Source of the DNA: a bacterium UBP13_UBA5359 | GTDB lineage: Bacteria > UBP13 > UBA5359 | Length of the DNA stretch: 64,000 nucleotides | Direction: 5' to 3' | Assembly (NCBI GenBank): GCA_002410925.1 | Contig: DHPR01000012.1 | Coordinates: forward strand, 20,643 to 84,642 | Shown here: positions 29,285-41,585 of the stretch, piece by piece | How positions within the stretch are numbered: position 1 is the first letter of the stretch | How the letters are laid out: every line of letters begins with the position of its first letter | Made by a program: the position numbers and the translations under genes | The notes under the pieces: model-generated | What the model was told of the DNA's origin: nothing | Databases searched by the model: none | The model's input: only the letters and a program-made list of their open reading frames with translations

Positions 29285-30346
29285 TTATATCCAATTTGCA
29301 GCTGCCTCAAGGAGAACCTCGCCCTCGGCAATACTATCGCACCTCGTCTGTAACATGAGGCGTTCGGGTCCGAGCTCCCTGACCAAAGGCTTGATATTTT
29401 CCTTAGGAATACCAATATGAACGATTTTTCCTGCAGCTTGTATTTCACGATACAAGTCAAGGTGTGCAGGTCCATTGGGTGGCTCATTGGGCGTTGGAAC
29501 GTATTGAATTACACGCAAATAAGGAAGTGAAAGAAGACGCGGCAAATGCTGCCGAGCATTACCTCCATCAAGGTGATACCATATATTTCCGAAGGCATCC
29601 CCACTCATTTCAATTTCAGGGAGAATGAATCGCTCAAACATATCGGGAGATAACATGCATGAAACATCGGATTGCGTACAACTGAACGGCTCTGGAGCCC
29701 AGAAGGGCATCCAACCGGCAATACCATACCAGAAATCGTGTTTTTTGCGGATACGATCTCTTAGTTGCAAACGCACGTTAAGCTGTTCCTGCGCACCGAC
29801 AATAATTGCCTGGCGCATCCAGTCGGGATGGTCCATAATACCTATCAGAAAATTCTCGGTACCCATAAGCATGGCAAGAAGATCATTTGCCGGCATGATA
29901 CACCCGCCGCCCACAAGAAAATCGTTCTTCCCCGCCAAATCTGCAACAGCTTCATAAAGGTCCGTATAGGCTGTTATCCAAGTATCATTATTGCTGTATC
30001 TGAAAGGAGAGGGTTGAGAAAAATCCACGTCTATCGTGTCAAACCATATCGTTTCCCAAGCAAACTTAGGATTGCCTCCCAAGCAAACAGTCCATCCCCC
30101 CATTAACAGATAAGAGGGGATCGCTTCTCCACCCCACCAGGTATTCTCCAAACTATTGGTAATATCGCGCTTTACCCAATCTATATCCAGCCATTTTTGC
30201 TTCGGGTCCGAAGGCAAAGGATTATCACGCACTATCTTGCCGTTCGGAGCCGTTACAGCTATACACGGCCGGTCTGTTATTTCATCATTCCAAAGGGCGG
30301 TCAGGCGCCTACATGCATCTTGCCAATCCGGTTTATATCTCATCAT
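29285..30346 (-). CDS. UROD/MtaA-CmuA superfamily protein (trimethylamine corrinoid protein 2-like)
   Basis: DRPCIAV, TQSDVSCMLSPDMFERFILPE, WYHLDG, IQYVP, IQAAGK. Confidence 0.7.
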   Translation of the reverse strand: MMRYKPDWQDACRRLTALWNDEITDRPCIAVTAPNGKIVRDNPLPSDPKQKWLDIDWVKRDITNSLENTWWGGEAIPSYLLMGGWTVCLGGNPKFAWETIWFDTIDVDFSQPSPFRYSNNDTWITAYTDLYEAVADLAGKNDFLVGGGCIMPANDLLAMLMGTENFLIGIMDHPDWMRQAIIVGAQEQLNVRLQLRDRIRKKHDFWYGIAGWMPFWAPEPFSCTQSDVSCMLSPDMFERFILPEIEMSGDAFGNIWYHLDGGNARQHLPRLLSLPYLRVIQYVPTPNEPPNGPAHLDLYREIQAAGKIVHIGIPKENIKPLVRELGPERLMLQTRCDSIAEGEVLLEAAANWI

Positions 30347-30357
30347 GCCTTCTCCTC

Positions 30358-30819
30358 TCATATTTCCGTCTTATGCTCAAGGGCTTTTTGCGTATAGGCC
30401 ATATTATGGAAAACGCTCTCCCGATTGGAAACAGGTGCTTTGTCCAGTTCCAACGCTAGATAACCGTTGTAACCTATCTTATCAAGCACGGCAAAAACTC
30501 CCGGCAGATCCGTATCACCGCAGCCCAGTTCCAGAAAATCGCTATAAATCTCAAAGGTCTGATTCCATCCTGCAGCCTGAGCCACCTGCTCTCCCTGTTT
30601 CTTACGTCGAACATCCTTGAGATGGGTGAATTCTATATCGTATTTTTTAATCAGCTTTTTAAAGCCGATCTCTTCATCCATAAAGAGATCTATGGTCAGA
30701 TAAACGCTCTCAAAGTTATGAAAATCGGCCTCTCTGATGTCACGCAGCGCCATTTCCAGTTGCTCCCTCTCCTGCAATCCCCAGGACCAGACGGCATAGG
30801 CCAGTTGCTCTCTCTTCAT
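30358..30819 (-). pseudogene. Sugar phosphate isomerase/IolE-like TIM barrel with in-frame internal deletion
   Basis: The N-terminal barrel start and the C-terminal THLKD, FLELGCGDTD, GYNGYLALELD are present. The protein is only 153 aa and the central metal-binding segment is missing. Confidence 0.65.
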
Positions 30820-30891
30820 AAGAAAATCTCCTCTCTCTTTTTAAATATGCTTTTTAAATAACAGGCCGTATTTCTCTCGTTATACTTGCTT

Positions 30892-31686
30892 TTACAAGCT
30901 TCGTAGAAAAGCAGCCGCTTTTCTTACAGCCTCATCGGCTTTATGCTTGTCATGCTCATATTCGATATTGATATAACCATCATAGGCATGGTCTTTCATA
31001 GCTCTCCAGCAGGCGGCAGTATCGATATCGCCCTCTCCGATCAAAGCTGACCGATAGTATCTGCCGTCCAGCATTTCATGATAGCCTTCAGCCGGCTCAT
31101 CGATTATATCCCAATCTTTGAAATGAGCGTGAACTACATAAGCAGCGCATTGGCGAAAGGATTTCGCCGGATTCTCGCCACTGGCGGCGTTACCGTTATC
31201 GTATGTCAACCTTAACTGTGGTATCTTCGCCTGTGCTTCAAAAAAATCTCCGGCAGTAACAAAGGGACTCTGCCTTCCCGGGAAATTCTCTACTGTTGTA
31301 ATTACTCCGGCAGCCTCAGCCAACGGAACCACCTGCTGCAAAGCCTCGATCCAGTCCCTGCGGCAGATATTACGATCGGTGATATCAGGATAAGGAAGAG
31401 GCGGTATCATGACGACCGGAGCCCCCAGAATAACGGCATTCTCCAGCGACTCTTTCACTTCATCCAGCCACCCCTGCTCCCGTCTTATCAGCTTGTGCAA
31501 AAAGAAGGTATGGCATACCACCGGCAACCCGGCATCATGGCTCATCTTTCTCAGTTCTTTGGGATCACGTCCATATGTCGTAACCCAATCGATGCCGTCA
31601 AGCCTACACTCTACTGCGGTTTTGATAAACTCTTCCACGTCATACCCCTGACGGGCCATGGTATAGGTCATCATTGACAGCTTCAT
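30892..31686 (-). CDS. Sugar phosphate isomerase/epimerase (AP endonuclease 2 TIM barrel)
   Basis: VENF, TYDNGN, HAHFKD, IGEGDID, YDGYINIEYE. Confidence 0.9.
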   Translation of the reverse strand: MKLSMMTYTMARQGYDVEEFIKTAVECRLDGIDWVTTYGRDPKELRKMSHDAGLPVVCHTFFLHKLIRREQGWLDEVKESLENAVILGAPVVMIPPLPYPDITDRNICRRDWIEALQQVVPLAEAAGVITTVENFPGRQSPFVTAGDFFEAQAKIPQLRLTYDNGNAASGENPAKSFRQCAAYVVHAHFKDWDIIDEPAEGYHEMLDGRYYRSALIGEGDIDTAACWRAMKDHAYDGYINIEYEHDKHKADEAVRKAAAFLRSL

Positions 31687-31733
31687 GATATGCTCTCCAT
31701 TCCGGCAATCGAGTGTCTCAAAGCCTCTATACT

Positions 31734-33173
31734 TTATCCGGCAGATCGTTCGGTAAACATGGCATTGACAGCCTTTATCTGCTCCTCAACAAGAACCTGA
31801 CCACCCTCCGGACCGACCAGATTATCGGGAGCTCCTGCGCCGTAGCTGCCGGCGGTTATAGCCCGTGCTGTCGGCAAATAGCTTCCCTCTCCGGCCAGTT
31901 GAACCACAAAGGTTTGAACAGCCTGACTGCGAGCCTTTATTCTGAGGCCAAAGTCCAGATATAATTCAAAGCGGTTGGTGGCAAAAGCTATATCCCCCAG
32001 CCGGATAACATGCGATTCCACAGCCAGGATAGGCATATCTCTCTGCTCCGCAAAACGAGCAAGCGCATCCATGTAATACCTGACCTTTCTATAATGTGCG
32101 GAGTAATCGGAAGCCCGCGGGTTTTTCCCACACTTTGCCAGAGCATCTTCATGGATCTTTAGCTGCTGTCTGCAGTATTCCGCCTCTTCAGGAGAGATCT
32201 TCCGCACCGGCAGATCGATACTCAATACTTTATGAGCAAAGGGCGTCTTTCTACGAATATCCCCGGCCACCAAAGGCAGAACCTCATCTACAGCAGCAGC
32301 TATACGCAAGGCAATCTCCTGCCTTTGCCCAAGCCTTGGAATAGAGCCGGCCGCCAGCCCCTTCAGCTGCCTCATTCTGGCCTCCGCCGCCATGTGCAGC
32401 AGCAGATGCGGCGATTGATCTCCGGCGGCAGAGCACTGCGGCAGAATAAAGAGATTGCGGCCGTGCCTCTTTCTGATTTCATTTCTAGCCTCATGCCAGA
32501 AATCGGCGGAAACAAAATTTTCACCCTCCGTCATCTGCGAGGGACAAGCAAGATTGATGATCATTCCCGTCAGGCTGAGGCGATTATCATAAGTGAAGAG
32601 CATATCGACGCCATGATCTTCATAGCCTTCAACATGCGAAAATTGTGGATCGTCAGCCTTGCCGTACATTACGGAGCTGTTATCAAAGTACGTCAGGCGA
32701 CGGTTAAAGCCGACGACCGCCTGTCCCCTGCCCCAGCTTATAGCCCCGGGCTTACGTTTCTTCCAGGCTTCAGCACAGGCGCAAGCCAACTTCTCCACCA
32801 GTATGTCGGAATATTCTTCAGGAGTCATGACCGCCGGATCGTTCAGCTCAGGATATTTGCTTGCAACCTGTGTGGGTGCGGTATGGGTATGAGTAGCGCT
32901 GATAAACAGGTTCTTAGGATTGAATTCCGACAGAAGAACACCAAGCCGGCGACGGCATTCATCCCGTACATAATCACTCACCTTGACAGCATCAAGCGAA
33001 ACCATTATCGCTTGTGCGGAACCGTTGTCCAGAGCCAGCGCCGTGGCGGTTACCGGATCTTGAACTTTCTCGGAAACTCTGATATGAAATTGTCCAGCCA
33101 AAGTTACTGCTTTGCCGGGCGTTACATCCACGCCGGCCCATCCAATCAAAATAGGCCCTATTTCTAACTTCAT
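31734..33173 (-). CDS. Neutral/alkaline ceramidase-like amidohydrolase (uncharacterised)
   Basis: GWAGVDVTP, DPVTATAL, SATHTHTAP, VGFNRR, SADFW, AAGDQ, GSYLPT...GSYG. Confidence 0.65.
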   Translation of the reverse strand: MKLEIGPILIGWAGVDVTPGKAVTLAGQFHIRVSEKVQDPVTATALALDNGSAQAIMVSLDAVKVSDYVRDECRRRLGVLLSEFNPKNLFISATHTHTAPTQVASKYPELNDPAVMTPEEYSDILVEKLACACAEAWKKRKPGAISWGRGQAVVGFNRRLTYFDNSSVMYGKADDPQFSHVEGYEDHGVDMLFTYDNRLSLTGMIINLACPSQMTEGENFVSADFWHEARNEIRKRHGRNLFILPQCSAAGDQSPHLLLHMAAEARMRQLKGLAAGSIPRLGQRQEIALRIAAAVDEVLPLVAGDIRRKTPFAHKVLSIDLPVRKISPEEAEYCRQQLKIHEDALAKCGKNPRASDYSAHYRKVRYYMDALARFAEQRDMPILAVESHVIRLGDIAFATNRFELYLDFGLRIKARSQAVQTFVVQLAGEGSYLPTARAITAGSYGAGAPDNLVGPEGGQVLVEEQIKAVNAMFTERSAG

Positions 33174-33186
33174 AGCAAACGCTCCT

Positions 33187-34482
33187 TTACTTGCTTTCCT
33201 GAAGTATTCTATCCGGATCGACCCTGCCTATATTATCGAATACTTTCCTGATTGCCGCGACTACCTTGGCCGCGATATCCAATCCGTTAGGTGCGCGTAA
33301 CGTTTGGACCATGGACATATGACACTCGCTGTAACGAAGTGCGTTGGGGTAATTCTCCAGCGTGTAATCAATGCCTTCATCTGCTCCCGGTATGCTCCAC
33401 GGATAGCCATGACCGTAAGCATTCTTAGCCTGAAATACGGTCATTTCCGGTAAAATAAAGCGTTGCCAAACACTACAGGCAACTCCCTCAGCAGCAATAG
33501 CGGCACAGACCGCATCCCGAAAAGACGGCCTATTATCGCTGATGCCCAAAGCATCAAAGTCAATTCGAAGATTATAATTGTACCAATTATGCACGCAATC
33601 AACGGGGACATAAGGTTGCAACAACCCCTTGATACCGCCAAGATTATCCTGCAGATAATCACCGTTGGCACGCAAGGTATCGAAATAATAATCGTATTTC
33701 TTCAACTGAGCACGTGCAAAGGCAGCCGTAAGCTCATTGTTGCGATACATCCAGCCGAGCGCATATGCGTGATAATCACGCGCCTGTTCCGGCCGAGCGG
33801 TCTCTCCAAAGCTCCAAAGCTTACAGGCATTCCGATAAATCTCTTCATCGTCGGTAACAAAGATACCGCCCTCTCCGGAACTCAGGCATTTGTTCTGATT
33901 CAGAGAGAAGGCTGCGCAATGCCCCATAGTACCGGCCTTCCGCCCCTTATAAGTAGCGCCATGGGCCTGGCAGGCATCCTCGATAACATAAAGGTTATGC
34001 TTTGCGGCAATGGCATTGACGGCATCCATATCAGCACAAAGCCCGTGCAATTGGACGACAATAATCGCCCTGGTTCGCGGCGTAATAGCCGCTTCTATCT
34101 TATCAGGATCTATCAAAAAGGTGTCGAAATCGATATCGATAAATATAGGAAGGGCATCATGGTGCAAGATACAGGTGGCACTGGAGCTCCATGAATAGGC
34201 CGTCACCAGCACATGATCACCAGCCCCGATACCGCATCCGGCAATGCACATATGCAACGCAGCCGTGCCGCTGTTGGTGAAAAGGGCATGGCTGTTGCCG
34301 TTCCAGGCAGCAAACTCCTTCTCTAATTCCAGATTATGTTTACCCCGAGTCTGATTCTTGGCGTAAAGCGCATCCAGTACCAGTTCCTCGTCACTCTTAT
34401 CCACCGGAGGCCAGGATCTTACCTCTTCCGGTTGAATAACCCTTGTTCCACCGTAAATTGCCAGTTCCTGCATGATAATCAC
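33187..34482 (-). CDS. DegT-family aminotransferase (inosamine/aminocyclitol transaminase-like)
   Basis: LAIYGG...SWP N-terminus, NSGTAAL, EDACQAHGA, FSLNQNK, GEGG, GWMYR. Confidence 0.9.
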   Translation of the reverse strand: MIIMQELAIYGGTRVIQPEEVRSWPPVDKSDEELVLDALYAKNQTRGKHNLELEKEFAAWNGNSHALFTNSGTAALHMCIAGCGIGAGDHVLVTAYSWSSSATCILHHDALPIFIDIDFDTFLIDPDKIEAAITPRTRAIIVVQLHGLCADMDAVNAIAAKHNLYVIEDACQAHGATYKGRKAGTMGHCAAFSLNQNKCLSSGEGGIFVTDDEEIYRNACKLWSFGETARPEQARDYHAYALGWMYRNNELTAAFARAQLKKYDYYFDTLRANGDYLQDNLGGIKGLLQPYVPVDCVHNWYNYNLRIDFDALGISDNRPSFRDAVCAAIAAEGVACSVWQRFILPEMTVFQAKNAYGHGYPWSIPGADEGIDYTLENYPNALRYSECHMSMVQTLRAPNGLDIAAKVVAAIRKVFDNIGRVDPDRILQESK

Positions 34483-34664
34483 TCCTTCTACCTCGATTAT
34501 ACCTGAGCTAATTATGCGAACAAGACAGAAGATGTTGTTAATAGGGGTAAATTATTGCTCTCAAATATCCATTCTCTTGCAGGGATAAGCAGAGCTCTTA
34601 TGGAACAAGTATATTGGCATATAAAATTTCCATGCCTCTGGAGCATTTGGATATTTGAGCACAT

Positions 34665-35519
34665 TTGTATGTTAAGATGAGCAATAAAAAAGAACTATTT
34701 ACGAAAATTGACGGTTTTGCCTTGCCCGTACCAACTTCCATCGGACGCTCCAACTTCGATGTAATGTGGGCCAGAGAGGAGCATACCGATTCCTGTGCCG
34801 AGCTTATGCATGTTCTGCAAGGCAATGTTGAAATCCGGACTGCAGAATACTCCGTCGCTGCCAGTGAAGGCGATACTCTTTACATTCCTGCTAACATGCC
34901 GCACCGCGATATCTTTGCTCAGGAAAAACCCTTTGAAGTCTACCTGGCCCAGTTCCATTGGGCTGGAGAATCCCGGTTACTGAAGAGCTTTCTCCCGTCA
35001 CAGCTGACCACGCAGAATTCCGGCATCCGGCAGAAGATCAATGTTGAATTTCACACACTCTACCAGGATTTTGTCCTGGGCCTGCCTTTCAACCGGCAGC
35101 TGGTAGCTGCATCTTTGCTGAGGATTATCTGTTATCTATGCCAGGAAGCTTCCTTTTGCGCTGATAACGGCACCTCCTCCGCTGCAACGGCAGGCGGAGA
35201 CAGGCGCACCTGGATTATGAACGAGGCCAAGAATTACATTCAAAGAGAATTTTGCCGCCCGATATCCTTGGAAGAGATTGCCACCGCACTGAATATCAGC
35301 CCGTACTATCTCTCGCATGTCTTCAGCCAGGAGAGCGGTTTTACTCTTTCAAGCTATATCAACGAAGTGCGTATGCAGAATGCTGCCAAGCTGCTCTTCG
35401 ATTACCGCCTGAATATATCTGAAGTGGCACGGTCAATAGGGTTTACCGACGGCTCTTATTTCAGGAAGGTATTCAAAGCATATTACGGCTGTTCCCCCAG
35501 CGATTATCGCTCCAGATAG
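34665..35519 (+). CDS. AraC-family transcriptional regulator
   Basis: Cupin N-terminus; ISPYYLSHVF...ISEVARSIGFTDGSYFRKVFKAYYGCSPSDYR. Divergent from the catabolic cluster. Confidence 0.94.
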   Translation: MYVKMSNKKELFTKIDGFALPVPTSIGRSNFDVMWAREEHTDSCAELMHVLQGNVEIRTAEYSVAASEGDTLYIPANMPHRDIFAQEKPFEVYLAQFHWAGESRLLKSFLPSQLTTQNSGIRQKINVEFHTLYQDFVLGLPFNRQLVAASLLRIICYLCQEASFCADNGTSSAATAGGDRRTWIMNEAKNYIQREFCRPISLEEIATALNISPYYLSHVFSQESGFTLSSYINEVRMQNAAKLLFDYRLNISEVARSIGFTDGSYFRKVFKAYYGCSPSDYRSR

Positions 35520-35547
35520 CGGTGCCCATGCTATCTTCATAGTCCGT

Positions 35548-35802
35548 CTACGCCTGATCGTAGACCCCTTCGAGTTCCCTTTTCCCGGGATCACCGGGCA
35601 TTACCATTGCTCTGCCGTCATAATCCTCGCAATAAAGCATCTTGATCGTAAAGAGTTGCTTCATGTTATTTATGCAGGCTGTCTGCCCGGCCTTCTCTCT
35701 TGCTCTGCCAAACACCAAAAAAAGAATACCAGCAATAATAGCGATGATAGCAATTACAAACAAAAGCTCGATTAGTGTAAAGCCTCTCTGCTTCAATAAC
35801 AT
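35548..35802 (-). pseudogene. Truncated prepilin/DUF1559 protein
   Basis: [50 protein letters not shown] ends at 84 aa, with no CPS or H-X9-DG motif. Confidence 0.75.
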
Positions 35803-35859
35803 CCCAATCCCTACCTGCTTTTTCTCACCTAATCGCTACGCGGCGGAGTTTCTGCATTG

Positions 35860-35875
35860 CCATTTTGCAAAATGG
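35860..35875. promoter_or_regulatory. Perfect 16-bp palindrome upstream of the truncated prepilin
   Basis: CCATTTTGCAAAATGG. Confidence 0.45.
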
Positions 35876-35947
35876 TATTGAAAGTCTCAAAAACCCGTCG
35901 TCTTCGGTCAGGATGATGAAGCTGGTCTTGACGGCCATTCAGCATGG

Positions 35948-36118
35948 TCAATTTGCGGGCAAACGGTCATATCCTCTGAGCAGTTCCAAGCCGCTCTCGA
36001 ATGGCATAAACAGTTGGCACCTCTGGCAGAATGTTTTGTCAAGTGTAAAGAGTTGATCTTCCATATCCTCCGGCACATGACGAAGAAACATTCGACATCC
36101 AATGATCTGTTCTCTCAC
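35948..36118 (-). CDS. Small hypothetical protein (about 56 aa, CxxC)
   Basis: GTG start overlaps the comF stop (GTGA): [14 protein letters not shown]...FCQRCQLF. Confidence 0.4.
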   Translation of the reverse strand: MREQIIGCRMFLRHVPEDMEDQLFTLDKTFCQRCQLFMPFESGLELLRGYDRLPAN

Positions 36119-36825
36119 AATTTCCTGGCCAGCGCCGCCACATACACAGCGGATGCCCCTGCCTTGAGCAGGCACGCCGAGCATTCATGAACGGTGGCGC
36201 CGGTGGTTATGACGTCGTCTACCAATAAAACTCTCTCTCCGCCCTGCAGCGCTGCCGGCAATGGATTGAATGCCTGCCTGAGGTTGGCATGCCGTTCCTT
36301 TCTGTTCAGAGTATGCTGCGGCAGGGATGGCTTTACTCTGGTCAGAGTACGCCTATACGGTAGCTTGCCGTTGACAGTGCATAAAGATTGAGCCAATAGT
36401 TCAGCCTGATTGTAGCCACGCTCACGCAAACGTTCTGCGTGCAGAGGCACGGAGGTAACCAGATCGATCTTTGCTTCTGATAGATAAGCTTCCAGAAATT
36501 CAGCCAGATAGCATCCCAGCGGGCCGGCCAACTCCGGATGATTACAGTATTTAAATTCATGAATGAGCTCCCGCCAGCGTTCTGCATAAGGAGCCGCTGC
36601 CAGTGCCGAAGAATAGGGCAGCTTATCTTTCCGACAATGCGGGCATAGCGTGCCGTCGCCAGGCAAGCCGCAGTCGGGACAGGGCATCCCTTCCAGCCGG
36701 GGCAGCTTCACCAAGCAGCTGCGGCATAATGTCTCTCCGGCACGCCCGCATAAAAGACATGAAGAAGGAAAAAGGAGGGATAGAATCCCTCCCCATAGTC
36801 CGGCGATTATCTCTGCAAGGCTCAC
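36115..36825 (-). CDS. comF: ComF family protein (zinc ribbon plus PRTase fold)
   Basis: Four CxxC pairs, [26 protein letters not shown]. Confidence 0.93.
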   Translation of the reverse strand: MSLAEIIAGLWGGILSLLFPSSCLLCGRAGETLCRSCLVKLPRLEGMPCPDCGLPGDGTLCPHCRKDKLPYSSALAAAPYAERWRELIHEFKYCNHPELAGPLGCYLAEFLEAYLSEAKIDLVTSVPLHAERLRERGYNQAELLAQSLCTVNGKLPYRRTLTRVKPSLPQHTLNRKERHANLRQAFNPLPAALQGGERVLLVDDVITTGATVHECSACLLKAGASAVYVAALARKL

Positions 36826-38027
36826 AGCCCTGCCTGTCGTCTCAATTCGGCGGCTTTGTCGGTGCGTTCCCAGGGCAGATCCAGATCCGGGCGGCCGAAA
36901 TGCCCGTAGGCTGCCGTTTGCTTGTAAATGGGACGCCTCAGGTCCAGTTCCTTGATAATCATTCCCGGCCGCAAATCGAAGTTGCTCTCTATCAGAGCGG
37001 CGATGCGGGCATCATCTATATTCCCGGTACCAAAAGTATCCACCATAATGGAAAGAGGCCTGGCTACGCCTATAGCATAAGCCAGTTGAACTTCACAGCG
37101 CTCTGCCAGCCCGGCAGCCACCACATTTTTGGCTGCCCAGCGGGCGGCATATCCGGCGGAACGATCCACTTTGGTGGGATCCTTGCCGGAGAAGGCTCCA
37201 CCGCCATGCCGGGCCATACCGCCATAGGTATCGATGATAATCTTGCGTCCGGTCAGGCCGGTATCGCCCTGTGGACCGCCGATAACGAAGCGGCCTGTAG
37301 GGTTGATATAGTATTTGATATCTTTTGAAACCATCTCTTTTGGCAGCACCGGCTCGATGACATTCTTTGTAACATCATCCCGAATTTTCTCCCAACTCTC
37401 TTTGGGACAGTGCTGAGCGGCTATGAGCACGGAATCGATTTCCACCGGACGATGATTCTCATAACGAACGGTAATCTGAGATTTGCCGTCGGGGCGCAAA
37501 TAGGGCAGGGTGCCATCCTTGCGCACCTCTGCCAGGCGTTGAGCCAACTTATGCGCCAGACTGATGGGCATAGGCATCAGCTCCTCTGTTTCATTGGTGG
37601 CATAGCCGAACATCAACCCCTGATCTCCGGCTCCCAGAGCTTCCAGGTCTTCGTGCATCACCTCGCCGCCCCTGGCTTCAAAAGATTTATCTACGCCCAT
37701 AGCTATATCGGTCGATTGCTCCTTAATGGATACCAAAACTCCGCAGGTTTCATTATCAAAGCCATATTTGGCCCTGGTATAGCCTATTTCGCCAATGGTG
37801 CGCCGGACAATCTCCGGTATATCCACATAGCATCCGGTAGTGATTTCACCGGCTACCATTACCAATCCGGTGGTCAGCAAGGTTTCACAGGCCACTCTGG
37901 CCAAAGGATCCTTAGCTATAATTGCATCCAGAACAGCATCCGATATCTGATCGGCCATCTTGTCCGGGTGCCCCTCCGTTACTGATTCGGAAGTAAAGAG
38001 ATAACAACCTTTAGGTGAAACGTCCAT
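36822..38027 (-). CDS. metK: S-adenosylmethionine synthetase
   Basis: [43 protein letters not shown]. Confidence 0.98.
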   Translation of the reverse strand: MDVSPKGCYLFTSESVTEGHPDKMADQISDAVLDAIIAKDPLARVACETLLTTGLVMVAGEITTGCYVDIPEIVRRTIGEIGYTRAKYGFDNETCGVLVSIKEQSTDIAMGVDKSFEARGGEVMHEDLEALGAGDQGLMFGYATNETEELMPMPISLAHKLAQRLAEVRKDGTLPYLRPDGKSQITVRYENHRPVEIDSVLIAAQHCPKESWEKIRDDVTKNVIEPVLPKEMVSKDIKYYINPTGRFVIGGPQGDTGLTGRKIIIDTYGGMARHGGGAFSGKDPTKVDRSAGYAARWAAKNVVAAGLAERCEVQLAYAIGVARPLSIMVDTFGTGNIDDARIAALIESNFDLRPGMIIKELDLRRPIYKQTAAYGHFGRPDLDLPWERTDKAAELRRQAGL

Positions 38028-38069
38028 TTACTTTAAGCCTCCTGTTTAAGTATTCCGGCCTGTTTGCGG

Positions 38070-40299
<2,230 letters not shown>

Positions 40300-40406
40300 G
40301 ACAACCTCACGTTATTCAACAACAGGATATATTATATCATACTACCGTCTTTTTAAACCGGCCGGCATAATTGTAATCCGCAATACCCTCCTTCAGCCTA
40401 AAAAAG

Positions 40407-41480
40407 CTATTTGACCACGGTTCCGGTAGCCATCCTGGATTCCGGTTCCACTTTGCTTCCTGCATTTACCAGGCAATCATCTCCCAAAACAGCCATTGGA
40501 CCTATAACGGCTCCCCGGCCTAGAGAGCAATTCCTGCCCAGAACGCACCCGTCAAGTCTGGCCTCCGCCTCTATATTGCAATTCTCCCAGAGTACGGAAG
40601 CGCTGATTACGGCGCCGGAAGCTATCCGGCAGCCAGCGCCTATAACCGTATCAGGGCCTATGAATGCTCCGGTTTCCACTACCGTTCCCGGTCCCAGAAC
40701 CACCGGTTCCGAAATAAAGGCTCCTTCGGCAACTTCAGCCTCTTCGGAGATAACGTCACAACCGTTTATCGGGCACCGGCCTCTCAGAACATCGTAATTG
40801 GCATCTCTGTATTGCCTGAGCGTACCGACATCGCACCAGTAATCCTTAAGCGCTAATCCGTAAAATGGCGCACCTTGCTTTAATAAATCTGGAAAGACCT
40901 GACGCCCGAAGTCATAAAACTCGTTCTTCGGAATGTACTCCAGTATCTCCGGCTCAAAAACGTAAATCCCCGTATTGGCCAAAGGGCTGAACGCTTCCTC
41001 CGGTTCCGGTTTTTCCTGGAAACGCTCAATGCGCCCATTGTCATCGGTAACTACAATACCGAAATTGGAAGGATCCTCCACTTCCGATAGGGCGATAGTA
41101 GCTAAAGCCCCGTTTTGCCGATGATGCTCCACTATCTTTGATACGGGCATGGCAGTCAGATCATCGCCGCCTATGACTATAAAGGTATCGTCAAAGAAAT
41201 TTCCCACCCGGCGCAAGCCGCCGGCCGTGCCCATCAACTCTTTCTCACGGGAATAAGCCAGCTTCATTCCCAAAGAAGAACCATCTCCAAAATACTCCTC
41301 AATACTATCCTGCAGATAGTGAAGGTTTATTATAACTTCGTCCACACCCTGATCAGATAGAAGATTCAAAATATGCTCCATAACCGGCCGATTGGCGATA
41401 GGAACCATAGGTTTGGGAAGGCCGCTGGTCAAGGGATCCAGGCGTGATCCGATGCCCGCGGCCAGTATCATTGCTCTCAC
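40407..41480 (-). CDS. NDP-sugar synthase (mannose-1-phosphate guanylyltransferase-like)
   Basis: AMILAAGIGSRLDPLT..LPKPM, GTAGG, FQEKP, NTGIY, YWCDVG, hexapeptide tail. Start refined to GTG 41480. Confidence 0.92.
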   Translation of the reverse strand: MRAMILAAGIGSRLDPLTSGLPKPMVPIANRPVMEHILNLLSDQGVDEVIINLHYLQDSIEEYFGDGSSLGMKLAYSREKELMGTAGGLRRVGNFFDDTFIVIGGDDLTAMPVSKIVEHHRQNGALATIALSEVEDPSNFGIVVTDDNGRIERFQEKPEPEEAFSPLANTGIYVFEPEILEYIPKNEFYDFGRQVFPDLLKQGAPFYGLALKDYWCDVGTLRQYRDANYDVLRGRCPINGCDVISEEAEVAEGAFISEPVVLGPGTVVETGAFIGPDTVIGAGCRIASGAVISASVLWENCNIEAEARLDGCVLGRNCSLGRGAVIGPMAVLGDDCLVNAGSKVEPESRMATGTVVK

Positions 41481-41585
41481 AAAAACTTTCTCCTTTTCCT
41501 TTATTAAGATAGATTTCAACAAAAGACTCTCTTATCCTGCCGAATTACACATGAGAGTCATTCTTTGCATAATACGTACCCGCCA

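Noticed and set aside
29218..29487. N-terminal extension of ORF 28513-29487
   Set aside because: It overlaps the upstream gene in another frame. XylA similarity and an RBS begin at ATG 29217.
40300..40406. SAM riboswitch upstream of pfkB-ahcY-metK
   Set aside because: No SAM-I core (ATCAAGAG...GAGGGA...GGCAACC) is visible, and the leader is short.
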